From Alphaproteobacteria bacterium (GTDB lineage: Bacteria > Pseudomonadota > Alphaproteobacteria > UBA6615), in NCBI GenBank assembly GCA_965205535.1, contig CBDBHH010000005.1:2140672-2204671 (forward strand): a DNA stretch of 64,000 nt, in the 5' to 3' direction. The notes under the pieces were generated by a model. The model had not been told where the DNA came from, did no database searches, and saw only the letters and a program-made list of their open reading frames with translations. This document shows, piece by piece, positions 47,481 through 57,974 of this stretch (its first letter is position 1; every line of letters begins with the position of its first letter). Both the position numbers and the translations under genes were made by a program.

Positions 47481-48173
47481 ATGGGCCAGAAAATTAACCC
47501 GATCGGGCTTCGTCTCGGCATCAACCGGACCTGGGATTCCAGGTGGTACGCCGAGGGAAAGGCCTATGGCAGCCTCCTGATGGAGGACCTGGAACTGCGT
47601 CGCGTGCTCGAAAAGCGCCTGGCAGGTGCGGGTGTCAGCCGGATCATTATCGAGCGACCGGCCAAGAAGGCGCGCATCACCATTCATTCGGCTCGCCCGG
47701 GTGTGGTGATCGGCAAGAAGGGTGCGGACATCGAGAAGCTGCGCGGTGATATCGCGCGCATGACCGGTTCCGAGGTGAGCCTCAACATCGTCGAAGTGCG
47801 CAAGCCTGAAATCGATGCGGCATTGGTTGCCGAAAATATCGCGCAACAGCTCGAGCGTCGTGTTGGTTTTCGCCGGGCGATGAAGCGCGCTGTACAGAAC
47901 GCCATGCGCCTGGGTGCGCTGGGCGTGCGTGTGATGTGTGGCGGCCGCCTCGGCGGTGCCGAAATCGCGCGGACCGAGCAGTATCACGAAGGCAGTGTGC
48001 CCCTGCACACCCTGCGTGCAGATGTGCAGTACGGCACGGCGACTGCACAGACCACTTACGGCGCCTGTGGCGTGAAGGTCTGGGTCTATCGCGGTGACAT
48101 CATGGAACATGATCCGATGGCCCAAGATCGTCGGATCGAGGAACAGCAGTCGGGCGGAATGCCGGCTCGGTAG
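47481..48173 (+). CDS. rpsC: 30S ribosomal protein S3
   Basis: [24 protein letters not shown]. Confidence 0.97.
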   Translation: MGQKINPIGLRLGINRTWDSRWYAEGKAYGSLLMEDLELRRVLEKRLAGAGVSRIIIERPAKKARITIHSARPGVVIGKKGADIEKLRGDIARMTGSEVSLNIVEVRKPEIDAALVAENIAQQLERRVGFRRAMKRAVQNAMRLGALGVRVMCGGRLGGAEIARTEQYHEGSVPLHTLRADVQYGTATAQTTYGACGVKVWVYRGDIMEHDPMAQDRRIEEQQSGGMPAR

Positions 48174-48191
48174 CCGCCCGGAGGTCTAGAG

Positions 48192-48605
48192 ATGCTTAGT
48201 CCAAAAAGAACCAAATACCGTAAACAGCACAAGGGCCGCCTGCATGGCGTTGCCCAGTCCGGCAATTCGCTGAACTTTGGCTCATACGGGTTGAAGGCAA
48301 TCACGCCCGGTCGTGTGACGGCTCGCCAGCTTGAGGCTGCGCGTCGTGCGATGACGCGTCATATGAAGCGTGCCGGCCGTGTGTGGATCCGTGTTTTCCC
48401 CGATGTGCCCGTCAGTCAGAAGCCGGCGGAAGTGCGCATGGGTAAAGGTAAGGGTACGCCTGAGTACTGGATGGTCCGGGTCAAGCCGGGTCGGGTGATG
48501 TTCGAGATCGATGGCGTGCCGGACGATGTGGCGCGTGAAGCCTTTGAGCTTGCGTCGGCGAAATTGCCGCTGCAGACACGTGTCGTGTCACGTGTGACGG
48601 GATAA
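48192..48605 (+). CDS. rplP: 50S ribosomal protein L16
   Basis: [16 protein letters not shown]. Confidence 0.97.
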   Translation: MLSPKRTKYRKQHKGRLHGVAQSGNSLNFGSYGLKAITPGRVTARQLEAARRAMTRHMKRAGRVWIRVFPDVPVSQKPAEVRMGKGKGTPEYWMVRVKPGRVMFEIDGVPDDVAREAFELASAKLPLQTRVVSRVTG

Positions 48606-48610
48606 TCGTC

Positions 48611-48805
48611 ATGAAGGCAGCAGATATCCGGGCGAAGACCGAAGACGAACTGCGTGACGAGTTGCGCGGTTTGAAGAAAGAGGCGTTCAACCTGCGTTTT
48701 CAGCAGGCGAGCGGCCAACTTGAGAATACGGCGCGGGTGCGCGACGTGCGACGGGATATCGCGCGCGTGCAGACAGTGCTTAACGAGCGCCGTCTGGCGC
48801 AATAG
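48611..48805 (+). CDS. rpmC: 50S ribosomal protein L29
   Basis: 64 aa. [18 protein letters not shown]. Confidence 0.95.
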   Translation: MKAADIRAKTEDELRDELRGLKKEAFNLRFQQASGQLENTARVRDVRRDIARVQTVLNERRLAQ

Positions 48806-48816
48806 GAGTTAGCAGG

Positions 48817-49056
48817 ATGCCGCGACGCGTTCTTACCGGCACGGTGGTGAGTAATAAAATGGACAAATCGGTCACGGTTCGCGTGGACCGGCGCGTTCGC
48901 CACCCGATCTACAAGAAGTTCATGACCCAATCGAAAAAGATTGCGGCGCATGACGCAGAAAACAGCCTCGAAGTTGGCGATGTGGTTCGTATTCGCGAAT
49001 GTCGTCCGATTTCGAAGTCCAAGCATTTTGAAGTGATTGAAAAGGTTGGCGCCTAG
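48817..49056 (+). CDS. rpsQ: 30S ribosomal protein S17
   Basis: 79 aa. [21 protein letters not shown]. Confidence 0.95.
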   Translation: MPRRVLTGTVVSNKMDKSVTVRVDRRVRHPIYKKFMTQSKKIAAHDAENSLEVGDVVRIRECRPISKSKHFEVIEKVGA

Positions 49057-49092
49057 GCAATTTGCCAGGGTCGCCATTGAGGATAGAAGACA

Positions 49093-49461
49093 ATGATTCA
49101 GATGCAGACCAACCTGGAAGTCGCTGACAATAGCGGCGCGCGCCGGGTGCAGTGCATCAAGGTGCTGGGCGGATCTAAGCGCATGACCGCCGGCGTAGGT
49201 GACGTGATTGTGGTTTCCATCAAGGAAGCCATTCCGCGTGGCCGCGTGAAAAAGGGTGAAATCCATCGTGCCGTTATCGTGCGCACGAAAAAGGATATCA
49301 GCCGCGCGGATGGCAGCACGATCCGTTTCGACAGCAACGCCGCTGTCCTCATCACCCCGCAAGGCGAGCCGATTGGGACGCGCATTTTCGGGCCGGTGAC
49401 GCGCGAGCTGCGCGCGCGGCGTTATATGAAAATTATTTCGCTGGCGCCGGAGGTGCTTTGA
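49093..49461 (+). CDS. rplN: 50S ribosomal protein L14
   Basis: [27 protein letters not shown]. Confidence 0.97.
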   Translation: MIQMQTNLEVADNSGARRVQCIKVLGGSKRMTAGVGDVIVVSIKEAIPRGRVKKGEIHRAVIVRTKKDISRADGSTIRFDSNAAVLITPQGEPIGTRIFGPVTRELRARRYMKIISLAPEVL

Positions 49462-49796
49462 TGGCGACAACTGCGAATATCAAAATGCGTGTGAAACGCG
49501 GCGACCAGGTCGTTGTCCTGACGGGCCGCGACAAGGGCAAAACCGGCGAAGTGCTGCGCGTTGATCGCGAGCGTAACCGGGTTTTGGTTCAGGGTGTGAA
49601 TATGGCGAAACGCCATCAGCGCCCGACCCAGACGTCGCCCGGCGGCATTAATGAGTTCGAGGCGTCGATCCATGTATCGAACGTTGCCTTGATTGACCCT
49701 GACACAAGAAAGCCGACCCGTGTCGGCTACAAGACTCTCGACGACGGCCGCAAAGTTCGCTTTGCCAAGCGGTCCGGCGAGATCATTGACCAATAG
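49458..49796 (+). CDS. rplX: 50S ribosomal protein L24
   Basis: KOW motif [20 protein letters not shown]. Start at 49458 (ATGA overlap) or 49485. Confidence 0.93.
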   Translation: MMATTANIKMRVKRGDQVVVLTGRDKGKTGEVLRVDRERNRVLVQGVNMAKRHQRPTQTSPGGINEFEASIHVSNVALIDPDTRKPTRVGYKTLDDGRKVRFAKRSGEIIDQ

Positions 49797-49803
49797 GTGT
49801 GAC

Positions 49804-50346
49804 ATGAATACACGATTGGCCGAGCATTATGAGAGCGTCGTCAAACCGAAACTGAAGGAACAGTTCGGGTATCCGAACGACCTTGCGGTTCCGCGTCTGG
49901 ACAAAATCGTTCTCAATATGGGACTTGGCGAAGCCACGCAGGATTCGAAGAAGATCGAAACTGCGACGAACGAGATGGGCTTGATCGCCGGGCAGAAGGC
50001 GCAAATCACCACTGCCAAGCAATCGATCGCGAACTTCAAACTCCGTGAAGGGGTGGCAATCGGCTGCAAGGTGACCTTGCGTCGTGAGCGGATGTTCGAG
50101 TTCCTGGACCGTTTGGTGACGATCGCTTTGCCCCGTGTCCGAGACTTCCGCGGCTTGCGTCCGACCAGTTTCGACGGGCGCGGCAACTACGCGATGGGGC
50201 TGCGTGAGCAGATTGTGTTCCCGGAAATCAATTATGACGAGGTCGACGAAATTCGTGGCCTCGATGTCATCATTTGCACGACCGCAGATTCGGATGACGA
50301 AGCGCGCGAACTTCTGCGCGGCTTCGAAATGCCGTTCCGCGAATAG
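49804..50346 (+). CDS. rplE: 50S ribosomal protein L5
   Basis: Start [17 protein letters not shown]. The track ORF 49693 overlaps rplX. Confidence 0.96.
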   Translation: MNTRLAEHYESVVKPKLKEQFGYPNDLAVPRLDKIVLNMGLGEATQDSKKIETATNEMGLIAGQKAQITTAKQSIANFKLREGVAIGCKVTLRRERMFEFLDRLVTIALPRVRDFRGLRPTSFDGRGNYAMGLREQIVFPEINYDEVDEIRGLDVIICTTADSDDEARELLRGFEMPFRE

Positions 50347-50370
50347 ACGTCGGTCAGGAGACCCAACGAT

Positions 50371-50676
50371 ATGGCAAAGAAGAGTGCGATCGAGAAGAAC
50401 AGGCGGCGGCGCAAGCTGGTTGACCAGTACGCTGCCAAGCGCGAAGAGCTTAAAGCTATTGCGCGCGATTCTTTACGTCAGCCTGAAGAGCGGTTTGCAG
50501 CGCGTATGAAGCTTGCGAAGCTGCCGCGCAATTCCGCGAAGGTTCGTGTTCGCAACCGGTGTGAACTGACGGGGCGCCCCCGGGCGTATTACCGCAAGTT
50601 CCGCATGTCGCGAATTGCGTTGCGTGAACTGGGTTCCACGGGCCGGATTCCCGGTCTCGTGAAGTCGAGCTGGTAG
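50371..50676 (+). CDS. rpsN: 30S ribosomal protein S14 (long, non-zinc type)
   Basis: 101 aa. [13 protein letters not shown]. Confidence 0.96.
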   Translation: MAKKSAIEKNRRRRKLVDQYAAKREELKAIARDSLRQPEERFAARMKLAKLPRNSAKVRVRNRCELTGRPRAYYRKFRMSRIALRELGSTGRIPGLVKSSW

Positions 50677-50689
50677 GGGGAGCGCACAC

Positions 50690-51088
50690 ATGTCGATGTC
50701 TGATCCTCTTGGCGATATGCTCACGCGAATCCGTAACGGACAGCGCGCGGGCCTCGGTTCCGTGGTGTCGCCGGCGTCGCGAATGCGCGAGCGTGTTCTC
50801 GACGTTCTGCAGACGGAAGGCTTTATCCGCGGATACAGCGTGGCGGAGATGCGCCAGGGTATTTCCGAGATCACGATTGAGCTGAAATACCAGGAAGGCA
50901 CGCCGGTTATCCGTGAGATTCAGCGCGTATCGCGCCCGGGACGCCGCGTGTATTCGAAGATCCGTGATTTGCGCCAGGTTTATGGCGGTCTCGGAATTGC
51001 AATTTTGTCGACGCCCAAAGGCGTTCTGTCGGACAACACCGCACGGGCGGAAAATGTCGGCGGCGAGGTGCTGTGCCACGTCTTCTAG
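50690..51088 (+). CDS. rpsH: 30S ribosomal protein S8
   Basis: MSMSDPLGDMLTRIRNGQ. Confidence 0.97.
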   Translation: MSMSDPLGDMLTRIRNGQRAGLGSVVSPASRMRERVLDVLQTEGFIRGYSVAEMRQGISEITIELKYQEGTPVIREIQRVSRPGRRVYSKIRDLRQVYGGLGIAILSTPKGVLSDNTARAENVGGEVLCHVF

Positions 51089-51119
51089 GCGTGAGCACGG
51101 TTAAAGGAGACACGGAGTT

Positions 51120-51653
51120 ATGTCGCGAGTAGGAAGCAGCCCAGTCGCCGTTCCAGACGGCACCGACGTTCAGATTTCCGGCCAACTGGTTTCGGTCAAG
51201 GGAAAGTTGGGCGAGCTGGCGGTTGAACTGCCGGCCGATGTCGAGGTGACGCAGGATGACGGTGCGATCGTCGTCAAGCCGCGTTCAACGAGCAAGCGCG
51301 CCCGCATGTCGTGGGGAACGTCACGCGCGCTGGTTAACAACCTCGTGGAAGGTGTCACCGACGGTTTTACTAAGACCCTGGAAATCACGGGCGTTGGTTA
51401 TCGCGCAGCGGTGCAGGGCAAGAACCTGAACTTGCAGCTCGGCTTTAGCCATGATGTGAATTTCCCGATCCCGGAAGGCATTACGATTAAATGTGAAGGT
51501 CAGACGACCATCATCATTTCAGGTGCCGATAAGCAGGCCGTTGGCCAGGTCGCCGCAGAAATCCGCGGTTATCGCAAGCCGGAGCCATACAAGGGCAAGG
51601 GTATCAGGTACGCGGGTGAGATAATCATTCGCAAGGAAGGTAAGAAGAAATGA
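51120..51653 (+). CDS. rplF: 50S ribosomal protein L6
   Basis: [17 protein letters not shown]. 177 aa. Confidence 0.96.
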   Translation: MSRVGSSPVAVPDGTDVQISGQLVSVKGKLGELAVELPADVEVTQDDGAIVVKPRSTSKRARMSWGTSRALVNNLVEGVTDGFTKTLEITGVGYRAAVQGKNLNLQLGFSHDVNFPIPEGITIKCEGQTTIIISGADKQAVGQVAAEIRGYRKPEPYKGKGIRYAGEIIIRKEGKKK

Positions 51654-52012
51654 CGTCGACCCTACGCAATCTGGCAATCCGACGACGCAATCGCGTCCGC
51701 TCGAAGCTGCGGCGCGTCGCGAAGAACAGTCGGCCGCGTCTCAGCGTGTTCCGTTCCGGCCGGCATATCTATGCTCAGGTCATCGACGATACCGCCGGCG
51801 CGACTCTTGCTGCCGCCTCGTCGAAGGACAAGGACTTCAAGACTGGCAAAGGCTGGAATATCGATGGCGCTTCAGAGGTCGGCAAGTTGATTGCCGAGCG
51901 CGCCAAGGCCGCTGGCGTGTCGGACGTTGTGTTCGACCGCGGCAGTTATCTTTTTCATGGTCGGGTGAAAGCCCTGGCCGAAGCCGCTCGTGGCGGCGGT
52001 TTGAACTTCTAG
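51650..52012 (+). CDS. rplR: 50S ribosomal protein L18
   Basis: 120 aa. ATGA overlap with rplF. Confidence 0.95.
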   Translation: MTSTLRNLAIRRRNRVRSKLRRVAKNSRPRLSVFRSGRHIYAQVIDDTAGATLAAASSKDKDFKTGKGWNIDGASEVGKLIAERAKAAGVSDVVFDRGSYLFHGRVKALAEAARGGGLNF

Positions 52013-52024
52013 GGGTCGGCAGGA

Positions 52025-52639
52025 ATGGCACAGGCACCACAACGCAATCGCCGCGATGGCGGCGGTCGTCGCGACAATCGTGAAGACAGTGAGTTCATCG
52101 AACGCCTCGTCAGCATTAACCGTGTGGCGAAGGTTGTTAAGGGCGGACGACGGTTCGGTTTCGCTGCCATTGTCGTGGTTGGCGATCAGAATGGCCGGGT
52201 TGGTCACGGTTCGGGCAAGGCCCGCGAAGTCCCCGAGGCTATTCGCAAGGCAACAGAATCTGCCAAGCGGGCAATGGTTCGTGTGCCGTTGCGTGAAGGC
52301 CGGACGCTGCATCATGACGTGCAGGGACATTTCGGGGCCGGGCATGTCGTTCTACGGGCCGCACCGGCGGGAACGGGCATCATTGCCGGCGGTCCGCTGC
52401 GCGCGGTGTTCGAATGCCTTGGCGTTCAGGACGTCGTGGCCAAATCCATCGGAACATCCAACCCGCACAACATGATCAAGGCGTCATTCGAGGCACTTGA
52501 GAACATGATGTCACCGCGTGCGGTTGCCGCGCGCCGTGGTTTGAAGGTTGCCGACATTATCGGACGCCGCGGTGTCCAGGATTCGGTTGGCGGTGGTGAA
52601 GAGGCCGAGACCGCAGAGGCGGAGGCCGAAAATGGCTGA
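52025..52639 (+). CDS. rpsE: 30S ribosomal protein S5
   Basis: 204 aa. [19 protein letters not shown], with an Arg/Gly-rich N-terminal lead and an acidic C-terminal tail. Confidence 0.96.
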   Translation: MAQAPQRNRRDGGGRRDNREDSEFIERLVSINRVAKVVKGGRRFGFAAIVVVGDQNGRVGHGSGKAREVPEAIRKATESAKRAMVRVPLREGRTLHHDVQGHFGAGHVVLRAAPAGTGIIAGGPLRAVFECLGVQDVVAKSIGTSNPHNMIKASFEALENMMSPRAVAARRGLKVADIIGRRGVQDSVGGGEEAETAEAEAENG

Positions 52640-52826
52640 TGCGAAGAAAACTGTTCGTGTCACGCAGCATGGCAGCGCGATCGGGCGCCGGGGCGATCAG
52701 CGGCAGACGCTGATTGGTCTTGGCCTCAACAAGCGCCATCGCACGCGTGAATTGGAAGATACCCCTGCCGTGCGCGGCATGATCGAGAAGGTTAAGCATC
52801 TCGTTCGTGTCGAAGATGCAGACTGA
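52632..52826 (+). CDS. rpmD: 50S ribosomal protein L30
   Basis: Start [18 protein letters not shown] (64 aa), overlapping the rpsE end by 8 nt. The track ORF start 52548 is an in-gene artefact. Confidence 0.93.
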   Translation: MADAKKTVRVTQHGSAIGRRGDQRQTLIGLGLNKRHRTRELEDTPAVRGMIEKVKHLVRVEDAD

Positions 52827-52838
52827 CGGAATTAGATC

Positions 52839-53393
52839 ATGAATATCAACGAGTTGTCTGACAATCAGGGTGCCCGTCGCGCGCGTAAACGTGTCGGTCG
52901 AGGTCCGGGTTCCGGGCTCGGCAAGACCGGTGGCCGCGGCATGAAGGGTCAGAAGTCACGCTCGGGTGTGGCGATCAAGGGTTTCGAGGGTGGCCAGATG
53001 CCGCTTTATCGGCGCCTGCCGAAGCGGGGTTTCACCAAGCCCAACCGCGTGAACCTGGCCGAACTCACCTTGGGTCGACTGCAAACCGCGATCGATGCCA
53101 AGAAGCTGGATGCGGGCAGCGCGATTACCGAGGATGCGCTTGTCGCAGCCGGCGTTGTGCGCCGTAAACTCGACGGTGTCCGTCTTCTGGCGTCCGGTGA
53201 GCTTACAGCCAAGGTTAATCTTGAACTGGCCAGTGCCACGCGTGGCGCGATTGCGGCGGTCGAGAAGGCGGGCGGCTCAATTACCGTGGCTATCCAGCCG
53301 AAAGAGAAGACGCCGCGTACGATCAAGACAGTCCCCGACGGTGATGCTGCGCCGACCAAGAGCGACGCCGACGAGGAAAGCACGGAATCATAA
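52839..53393 (+). CDS. rplO: 50S ribosomal protein L15
   Basis: [34 protein letters not shown]. 184 aa including a C-terminal tail. Confidence 0.96.
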   Translation: MNINELSDNQGARRARKRVGRGPGSGLGKTGGRGMKGQKSRSGVAIKGFEGGQMPLYRRLPKRGFTKPNRVNLAELTLGRLQTAIDAKKLDAGSAITEDALVAAGVVRRKLDGVRLLASGELTAKVNLELASATRGAIAAVEKAGGSITVAIQPKEKTPRTIKTVPDGDAAPTKSDADEESTES

Positions 53394-53466
53394 CCGGATT
53401 TTGTATTGATCCCAGACCGTGATCACCCACATGGATCGTGACGAAACGTTGCGAACGGAAAATTAG

Positions 53467-54807
53467 ATGGCGAGTACAGCCGAGAAAATCGCCTCAAACC
53501 TGAACTTCGGTGCCTTCTCGAAGGCGACCGAGCTCAAGAAGCGCCTGTGGTTTACCCTGGGTGCGTTGATCGTGTACCGGCTTGGTACTTTCATTCCGAT
53601 CCCGGGTATCGATCCGGCTATTATCGGTGACATCTTCGCCCAGCAATCGGACGGAATTCTTGGCGTTTTCGATGCCTTCGCCGGCGGCGCCCTGTCGCGC
53701 ATGAGTATCTTTGCGCTGAATGTCATTCCGTATATTTCCGCCGCGATTATCATGCAGTTGATGACGGCCATTTCGCCGAGCATCGAACAGCTGAAGAAAG
53801 AGGGTGAGTCTGGTCGCAAGAAGATCAACCAGTACACCCGTTATCTGACTGTGGCCCTCGCGCTCATTCAGGCTTATGGGCTTTCGGTCGGACTTGAAAG
53901 TCTGGCGACCTCGCAGGGGGCTGCGGTTGAAAATCCGGGCCTGTTCTTCCGCGCGAGCACGGTCATCACCATCGTTGGTGGCACCATGTTCTTGATGTGG
54001 CTGGGTGAACAGATCACGGCCCGCGGTGTCGGTAACGGTATTTCACTGATCATTTTTGCCGGTATCGTGGCGGCCTTGCCGACAGCCCTGGCATCGACCC
54101 TTGAACTGGGCCGGACGGGTGCGCTTTCGGCGCTGTTCATCATCGGCTTCCTGATTTTCGCCGTCGCCGTGATCACCTTCATTGTGTTCGTCGAGCGCGC
54201 CCAGCGCCGGATCATCGTTCAGTATCCGAAGCGCCAGGTTGGCAATCGGATGTTCGGCGGAGAATCCTCGCATATTCCGCTGAAGCTCAATACGTCGGGC
54301 GTCATACCGATTATTTTCGCGACGTCGATCCTGCTGACCCCGGTATCGATTGCTGGTTTCTCGGGTGGTGGCGGTGGAATCCTGAGTGCCGTAACCGCGA
54401 CGATCGGGCGTGGTCAGCCGTTGTTCTTCCTGTTGTTCGCCGCGCTGATAGTTTTCTTCGCCTTCTTCTACACGGCCATTGTCTTCAATCCCGAGGAGAC
54501 GGCGGACAATCTGAAGAAGAATGGTGGCTTTGTGCCAGGTATCCGGCCGGGCAAAAACACGGCCGAATTCTTCGATTATGTCCTGACGCGACTGACGGTG
54601 GTCGGCGCGGGTTACCTCACTCTTGTCGCGCTGTTGCCGGAGATCCTGATTTCCCGGTTCTCGGTGCCATTCTTCTTTGGAGGCACGAGCCTGTTGATCG
54701 TCGTCGTGGTCTCGCTGGATACGGTGGCACAGATTCAGAGCCACCTGTTGGCGCATCAGTATGAAGGTCTGATCCGTAAGGCCAAATTGAAGGGCCGGCG
54801 CGGCTAG
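53467..54807 (+). CDS. secY: Preprotein translocase subunit SecY
   Basis: 446 aa, 10-TM pattern, in conserved spc-operon position. Confidence 0.97.
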   Translation: MASTAEKIASNLNFGAFSKATELKKRLWFTLGALIVYRLGTFIPIPGIDPAIIGDIFAQQSDGILGVFDAFAGGALSRMSIFALNVIPYISAAIIMQLMTAISPSIEQLKKEGESGRKKINQYTRYLTVALALIQAYGLSVGLESLATSQGAAVENPGLFFRASTVITIVGGTMFLMWLGEQITARGVGNGISLIIFAGIVAALPTALASTLELGRTGALSALFIIGFLIFAVAVITFIVFVERAQRRIIVQYPKRQVGNRMFGGESSHIPLKLNTSGVIPIIFATSILLTPVSIAGFSGGGGGILSAVTATIGRGQPLFFLLFAALIVFFAFFYTAIVFNPEETADNLKKNGGFVPGIRPGKNTAEFFDYVLTRLTVVGAGYLTLVALLPEILISRFSVPFFFGGTSLLIVVVVSLDTVAQIQSHLLAHQYEGLIRKAKLKGRRG

Positions 54808-54829
54808 CGGTTCGCGGGGTAGTGGGGCA

Positions 54830-55408
54830 ATGAATTGTATCCTTCTGGGGCCGCCAGGTGCGGGCAAGGGCACGCAAGCCAAGGTGCTTGTCGACAATCA
54901 TGGCGTTGTCCAGTTGTCGACGGGTGACATGCTTCGCGCAGCGGTTGCATCGGGAAGCGATCTCGGCGCGCAAGCCAAGGCCGTGATGGATGCCGGTAAA
55001 CTGATGCCGGATGACATCATGGTAGAGATTATTTCGGCGCGTATCGCCGAACCGGACTGTGCAAATGGGTTTATTCTGGATGGTTTCCCGCGCACGACCG
55101 CACAGGCCGACGCACTAGATAAGATGCTGGAAACAAAAGGACTTCCTCTTGACCATGTGATCGAAATTTCGGTCGATGACGGGGTCCTGATCGACCGGAT
55201 TAACGCCCGTGTCGCCGAGACGCCGGAAGCAGAACGACGAGACGATGACAATGCGGAAACGCTGAAGCATCGGCTTGATGTGTATCACGAACAAACCGCT
55301 CCGATACTGCCGTATTACGAATCCCGGGGCATGTTGAAAAAAGTCGATGGAATGCAGTCGATCGACGAAGTATCTAAACAAATAGAGGCGATCATAACGG
55401 CAGGCTAA
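54830..55408 (+). CDS. adk: Adenylate kinase (short-lid type)
   Basis: P-loop LLGPPGAGKGTQA, DGFPRT. 192 aa. Confidence 0.96.
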   Translation: MNCILLGPPGAGKGTQAKVLVDNHGVVQLSTGDMLRAAVASGSDLGAQAKAVMDAGKLMPDDIMVEIISARIAEPDCANGFILDGFPRTTAQADALDKMLETKGLPLDHVIEISVDDGVLIDRINARVAETPEAERRDDDNAETLKHRLDVYHEQTAPILPYYESRGMLKKVDGMQSIDEVSKQIEAIITAG

Positions 55409-55412
55409 GCTG

Positions 55413-55440
55413 TTGACCCAAAGGCGGAAATTCATATAAT
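55413..55440 (+). promoter_or_regulatory. Near-consensus sigma70-type promoter upstream of rpsM (alpha operon)
   Basis: TTGACC (55413-55418), 16-nt spacer, TATAAT (55435-55440), in the adk-rpsM spacer. Confidence 0.55.
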
Positions 55441-55510
55441 CCCGCCGCTCGGGCAACCTTAGAAAATTTGGCCGTTTTGACCGCACCGTAACCATGAAGG
55501 AGTTCGGAAC

Positions 55511-55882
55511 GTGGCGCGTATTGCAGGTGTCAACATTCCAACACAGAAGCGGGTTCCGATCGCGCTGACCTATATCCACGGGATTGGTCACACGAAGGCG
55601 GAAGAGATTTGCACGAAGTGCGATATCCCGTTTGAACGGCGAGTACACGAGCTGACCGACGATGAGGTCATTCGCGTCCGCGAGATGATCGATCAGGGTT
55701 ACCAGGTCGAAGGTGATTTGCGGCGCGAAGTTGCGATGAACATCAAGCGGTATATGGACCTCGGTTCGTATCGTGGCGTGCGCCATCGCAAGGGTTTGCC
55801 CGTGAACGGACAGCGGACGCACACAAACGCACGCACCCGCAAGGGCAAGGCCCGGCCGATTACCGGCAAGAAAAAAGTCTAG
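55511..55882 (+). CDS. rpsM: 30S ribosomal protein S13
   Basis: GTG start after [21 protein letters not shown]. Confidence 0.96.
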   Translation: MARIAGVNIPTQKRVPIALTYIHGIGHTKAEEICTKCDIPFERRVHELTDDEVIRVREMIDQGYQVEGDLRREVAMNIKRYMDLGSYRGVRHRKGLPVNGQRTHTNARTRKGKARPITGKKKV

Positions 55883-55906
55883 GGCGCAGGACAAGGTAGA
55901 TCAGGA

Positions 55907-56299
55907 ATGGCAAAAGCCGCGACAGCGCGCGTCCGTCGACGCGAACGCAAAAACATCACTTCGGGTGTGGCGCATGTAAGCGCGACATTTAACAACACTC
56001 ACATCACCATCGCGGATGCGCAGGGCAATGCTATTGCCTGGTCGTCTGCCGGTTCCCAGGGATTCAAGGGATCGCGTAAATCCACGCCGTATGCTGCACA
56101 GATGGCGGCAGAGGATGCCGGCCGGAAGGCGCAGGAACACGGGATGAAGACCCTCGCCGTTGAGGTGAAGGGGCCGGGTTCGGGACGTGAATCCGCGCTG
56201 CGGGCGTTGCAGGCAGTTGGGTTCGAGATCACGGCCATTCGCGATGTGACCCCGGTCCCGCATAACGGTTGCCGGCCGCGCAAGCGTCGGCGCGTCTGA
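55907..56299 (+). CDS. rpsK: 30S ribosomal protein S11
   Basis: 130 aa, typical S11 sequence. Confidence 0.96.
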   Translation: MAKAATARVRRRERKNITSGVAHVSATFNNTHITIADAQGNAIAWSSAGSQGFKGSRKSTPYAAQMAAEDAGRKAQEHGMKTLAVEVKGPGSGRESALRALQAVGFEITAIRDVTPVPHNGCRPRKRRRV

Positions 56300-56393
56300 T
56301 TTTCCGCCCTTCAGGGGGCTGAACACTAAATTTCATCGGCAAATGCCGAACCCCGGCGCCAAAGCACCGGACAAGATTTGAGGACGAATCCAG

Positions 56394-57413
56394 ATGCTCC
56401 AGAAAAATTGGACCGAACTGATCAAGCCGAGCAAGCTCGACATCGCGGGTGGTAATAATCCGGCGCGCCAGGCATCGGTAGTTGCCGAGCCCCTCGAGCG
56501 TGGCTTTGGATTGACCCTCGGCAACGCAATGCGCAGGGTTCTCATGTCATCGCTGCAGGGTGCCGCTGTGACTTCTCTGCAAATCGAGGGTGTTCTGCAC
56601 GAATTCTCGTCGATCCCCGGCGTGCGTGAAGATGTCACCGACATCGTTCTGAACATCAAGGGGATGGCGCTGCGCATGCACAGCGAAGGTCCCAAGCGCA
56701 TGACGCTGACGGCGACGGGGCCTGGTGAAGTGAAAGCCAGCCAGATCGAGACGGGCCCGGACATCGAAATTATGGACCCGGACCACATTCTGATGACGCT
56801 CGATCAGGGCGCACGGGTGGTCATGGAACTCACCGTGGAATCCGGGAAAGGCTATGTCCCGGCAACTCAGAATCGCGCCGCAGACGCGCCGATCGGCCTC
56901 ATTCCGGTCGACGCCCTGTTCTCGCCGATCACGAAGGTTTCCTATCACGTGGGTAATGCGCGTGTCGGAGAGCGGACCGATCTGGACAAGCTGACCATGG
57001 ACATCGAGACCAATGGCGCGATCACCCCGGAAGACTGCATGGCGCTTGCCGCCCGCATTCTGCAGAACCAGCTCCAGCTCTTCGTGAACTTCGAAGAGCC
57101 CAAAGCAGCGCAGCCTGTTGAAGAGATCGATGATGAACTCGAATTCAACCGCAATCTGCTGCGCAAGGTGGATGAGCTGGAACTGTCCGTGCGGTCGGCG
57201 AACTGCCTGAAGAACGACAACATCGTCTATATCGGTGACCTCGTTCAGAAGACCGAAGCGGAGATGCTGCGGACCCCGAACTTCGGGCGCAAGTCGCTTA
57301 ACGAAATCAAGGAAGTGCTCGCCCAGATGGGACTGCACCTCGGTATGGAAATTCCGGCATGGCCGCCGGAGAACATCGAAGATCTGGCAAAACGCCTCGA
57401 GGAACCGTTCTAG
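56394..57413 (+). CDS. rpoA: DNA-directed RNA polymerase subunit alpha
   Basis: 339 aa. [15 protein letters not shown]... C-terminal domain [21 protein letters not shown]. Confidence 0.97.
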   Translation: MLQKNWTELIKPSKLDIAGGNNPARQASVVAEPLERGFGLTLGNAMRRVLMSSLQGAAVTSLQIEGVLHEFSSIPGVREDVTDIVLNIKGMALRMHSEGPKRMTLTATGPGEVKASQIETGPDIEIMDPDHILMTLDQGARVVMELTVESGKGYVPATQNRAADAPIGLIPVDALFSPITKVSYHVGNARVGERTDLDKLTMDIETNGAITPEDCMALAARILQNQLQLFVNFEEPKAAQPVEEIDDELEFNRNLLRKVDELELSVRSANCLKNDNIVYIGDLVQKTEAEMLRTPNFGRKSLNEIKEVLAQMGLHLGMEIPAWPPENIEDLAKRLEEPF

Positions 57414-57440
57414 CGGTTCCCTGAATCAGGAGTAGTTAAG

Positions 57441-57872
57441 ATGCGTCACCGTAAAGGTCCGCGGAAGCTCAATCGGACGAGCAGTCATCGCAAGGCCATG
57501 TTCGCCAATATGGCGGCAGCTCTGGTCAAGCATGAGCAGATCACGACCACCTTGCCCAAGGCCAAGGAGCTCCGGCGTGTCGTCGATAAGCTCGTTTCGC
57601 TCGGCAAGCGTGGCGACTTGCATGCCCGTCGTCAGGCGCTCAGCACGTTGCGCGATCGTGCGCTTGTCGAGAAACTGTTCTCGACCCTCGCCGAGCGCTA
57701 TGCCGACCGTCCGGGTGGATATACGCGGGTGCTGAAGGCCGGTTATCGCTATGGTGATTCCGCGCCAATCGCGATCATCGAGCTTGTGGACCGTGACGAA
57801 GACGCTAAAGGTCTCGATTCAGGCCCGGTTCAGTTTGTAGATGAAGAAGAGCTTCAGGAAGCCGTTGCCTGA
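57441..57872 (+). CDS. rplQ: 50S ribosomal protein L17
   Basis: [21 protein letters not shown]. Confidence 0.96.
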   Translation: MRHRKGPRKLNRTSSHRKAMFANMAAALVKHEQITTTLPKAKELRRVVDKLVSLGKRGDLHARRQALSTLRDRALVEKLFSTLAERYADRPGGYTRVLKAGYRYGDSAPIAIIELVDRDEDAKGLDSGPVQFVDEEELQEAVA

Positions 57873-57886
57873 GCCGTTGTTCATCT

Positions 57887-57942
57887 CACGAACCCTGACG
57901 CAAAAGGCCGCCCTCGGGCGGCCTTTTGCGTCAGGGTTCGTG
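57887..57942 (+). terminator. Perfect 26-bp-stem hairpin (4-nt loop) terminating the alpha operon
   Basis: CACGAACCCTGACGCAAAAGGCCGCC (57887-57912), loop CTCG, GGCGGCCTTTTGCGTCAGGGTTCGTG (57917-57942). The inner core AAAAGGCCGCC-CTCG-GGCGGCCTTTT resembles a bidirectional intrinsic terminator. Confidence 0.75.
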
Positions 57943-57974
57943 AATCGCGGCTCGATCGGAGTTAAAATCACGAC

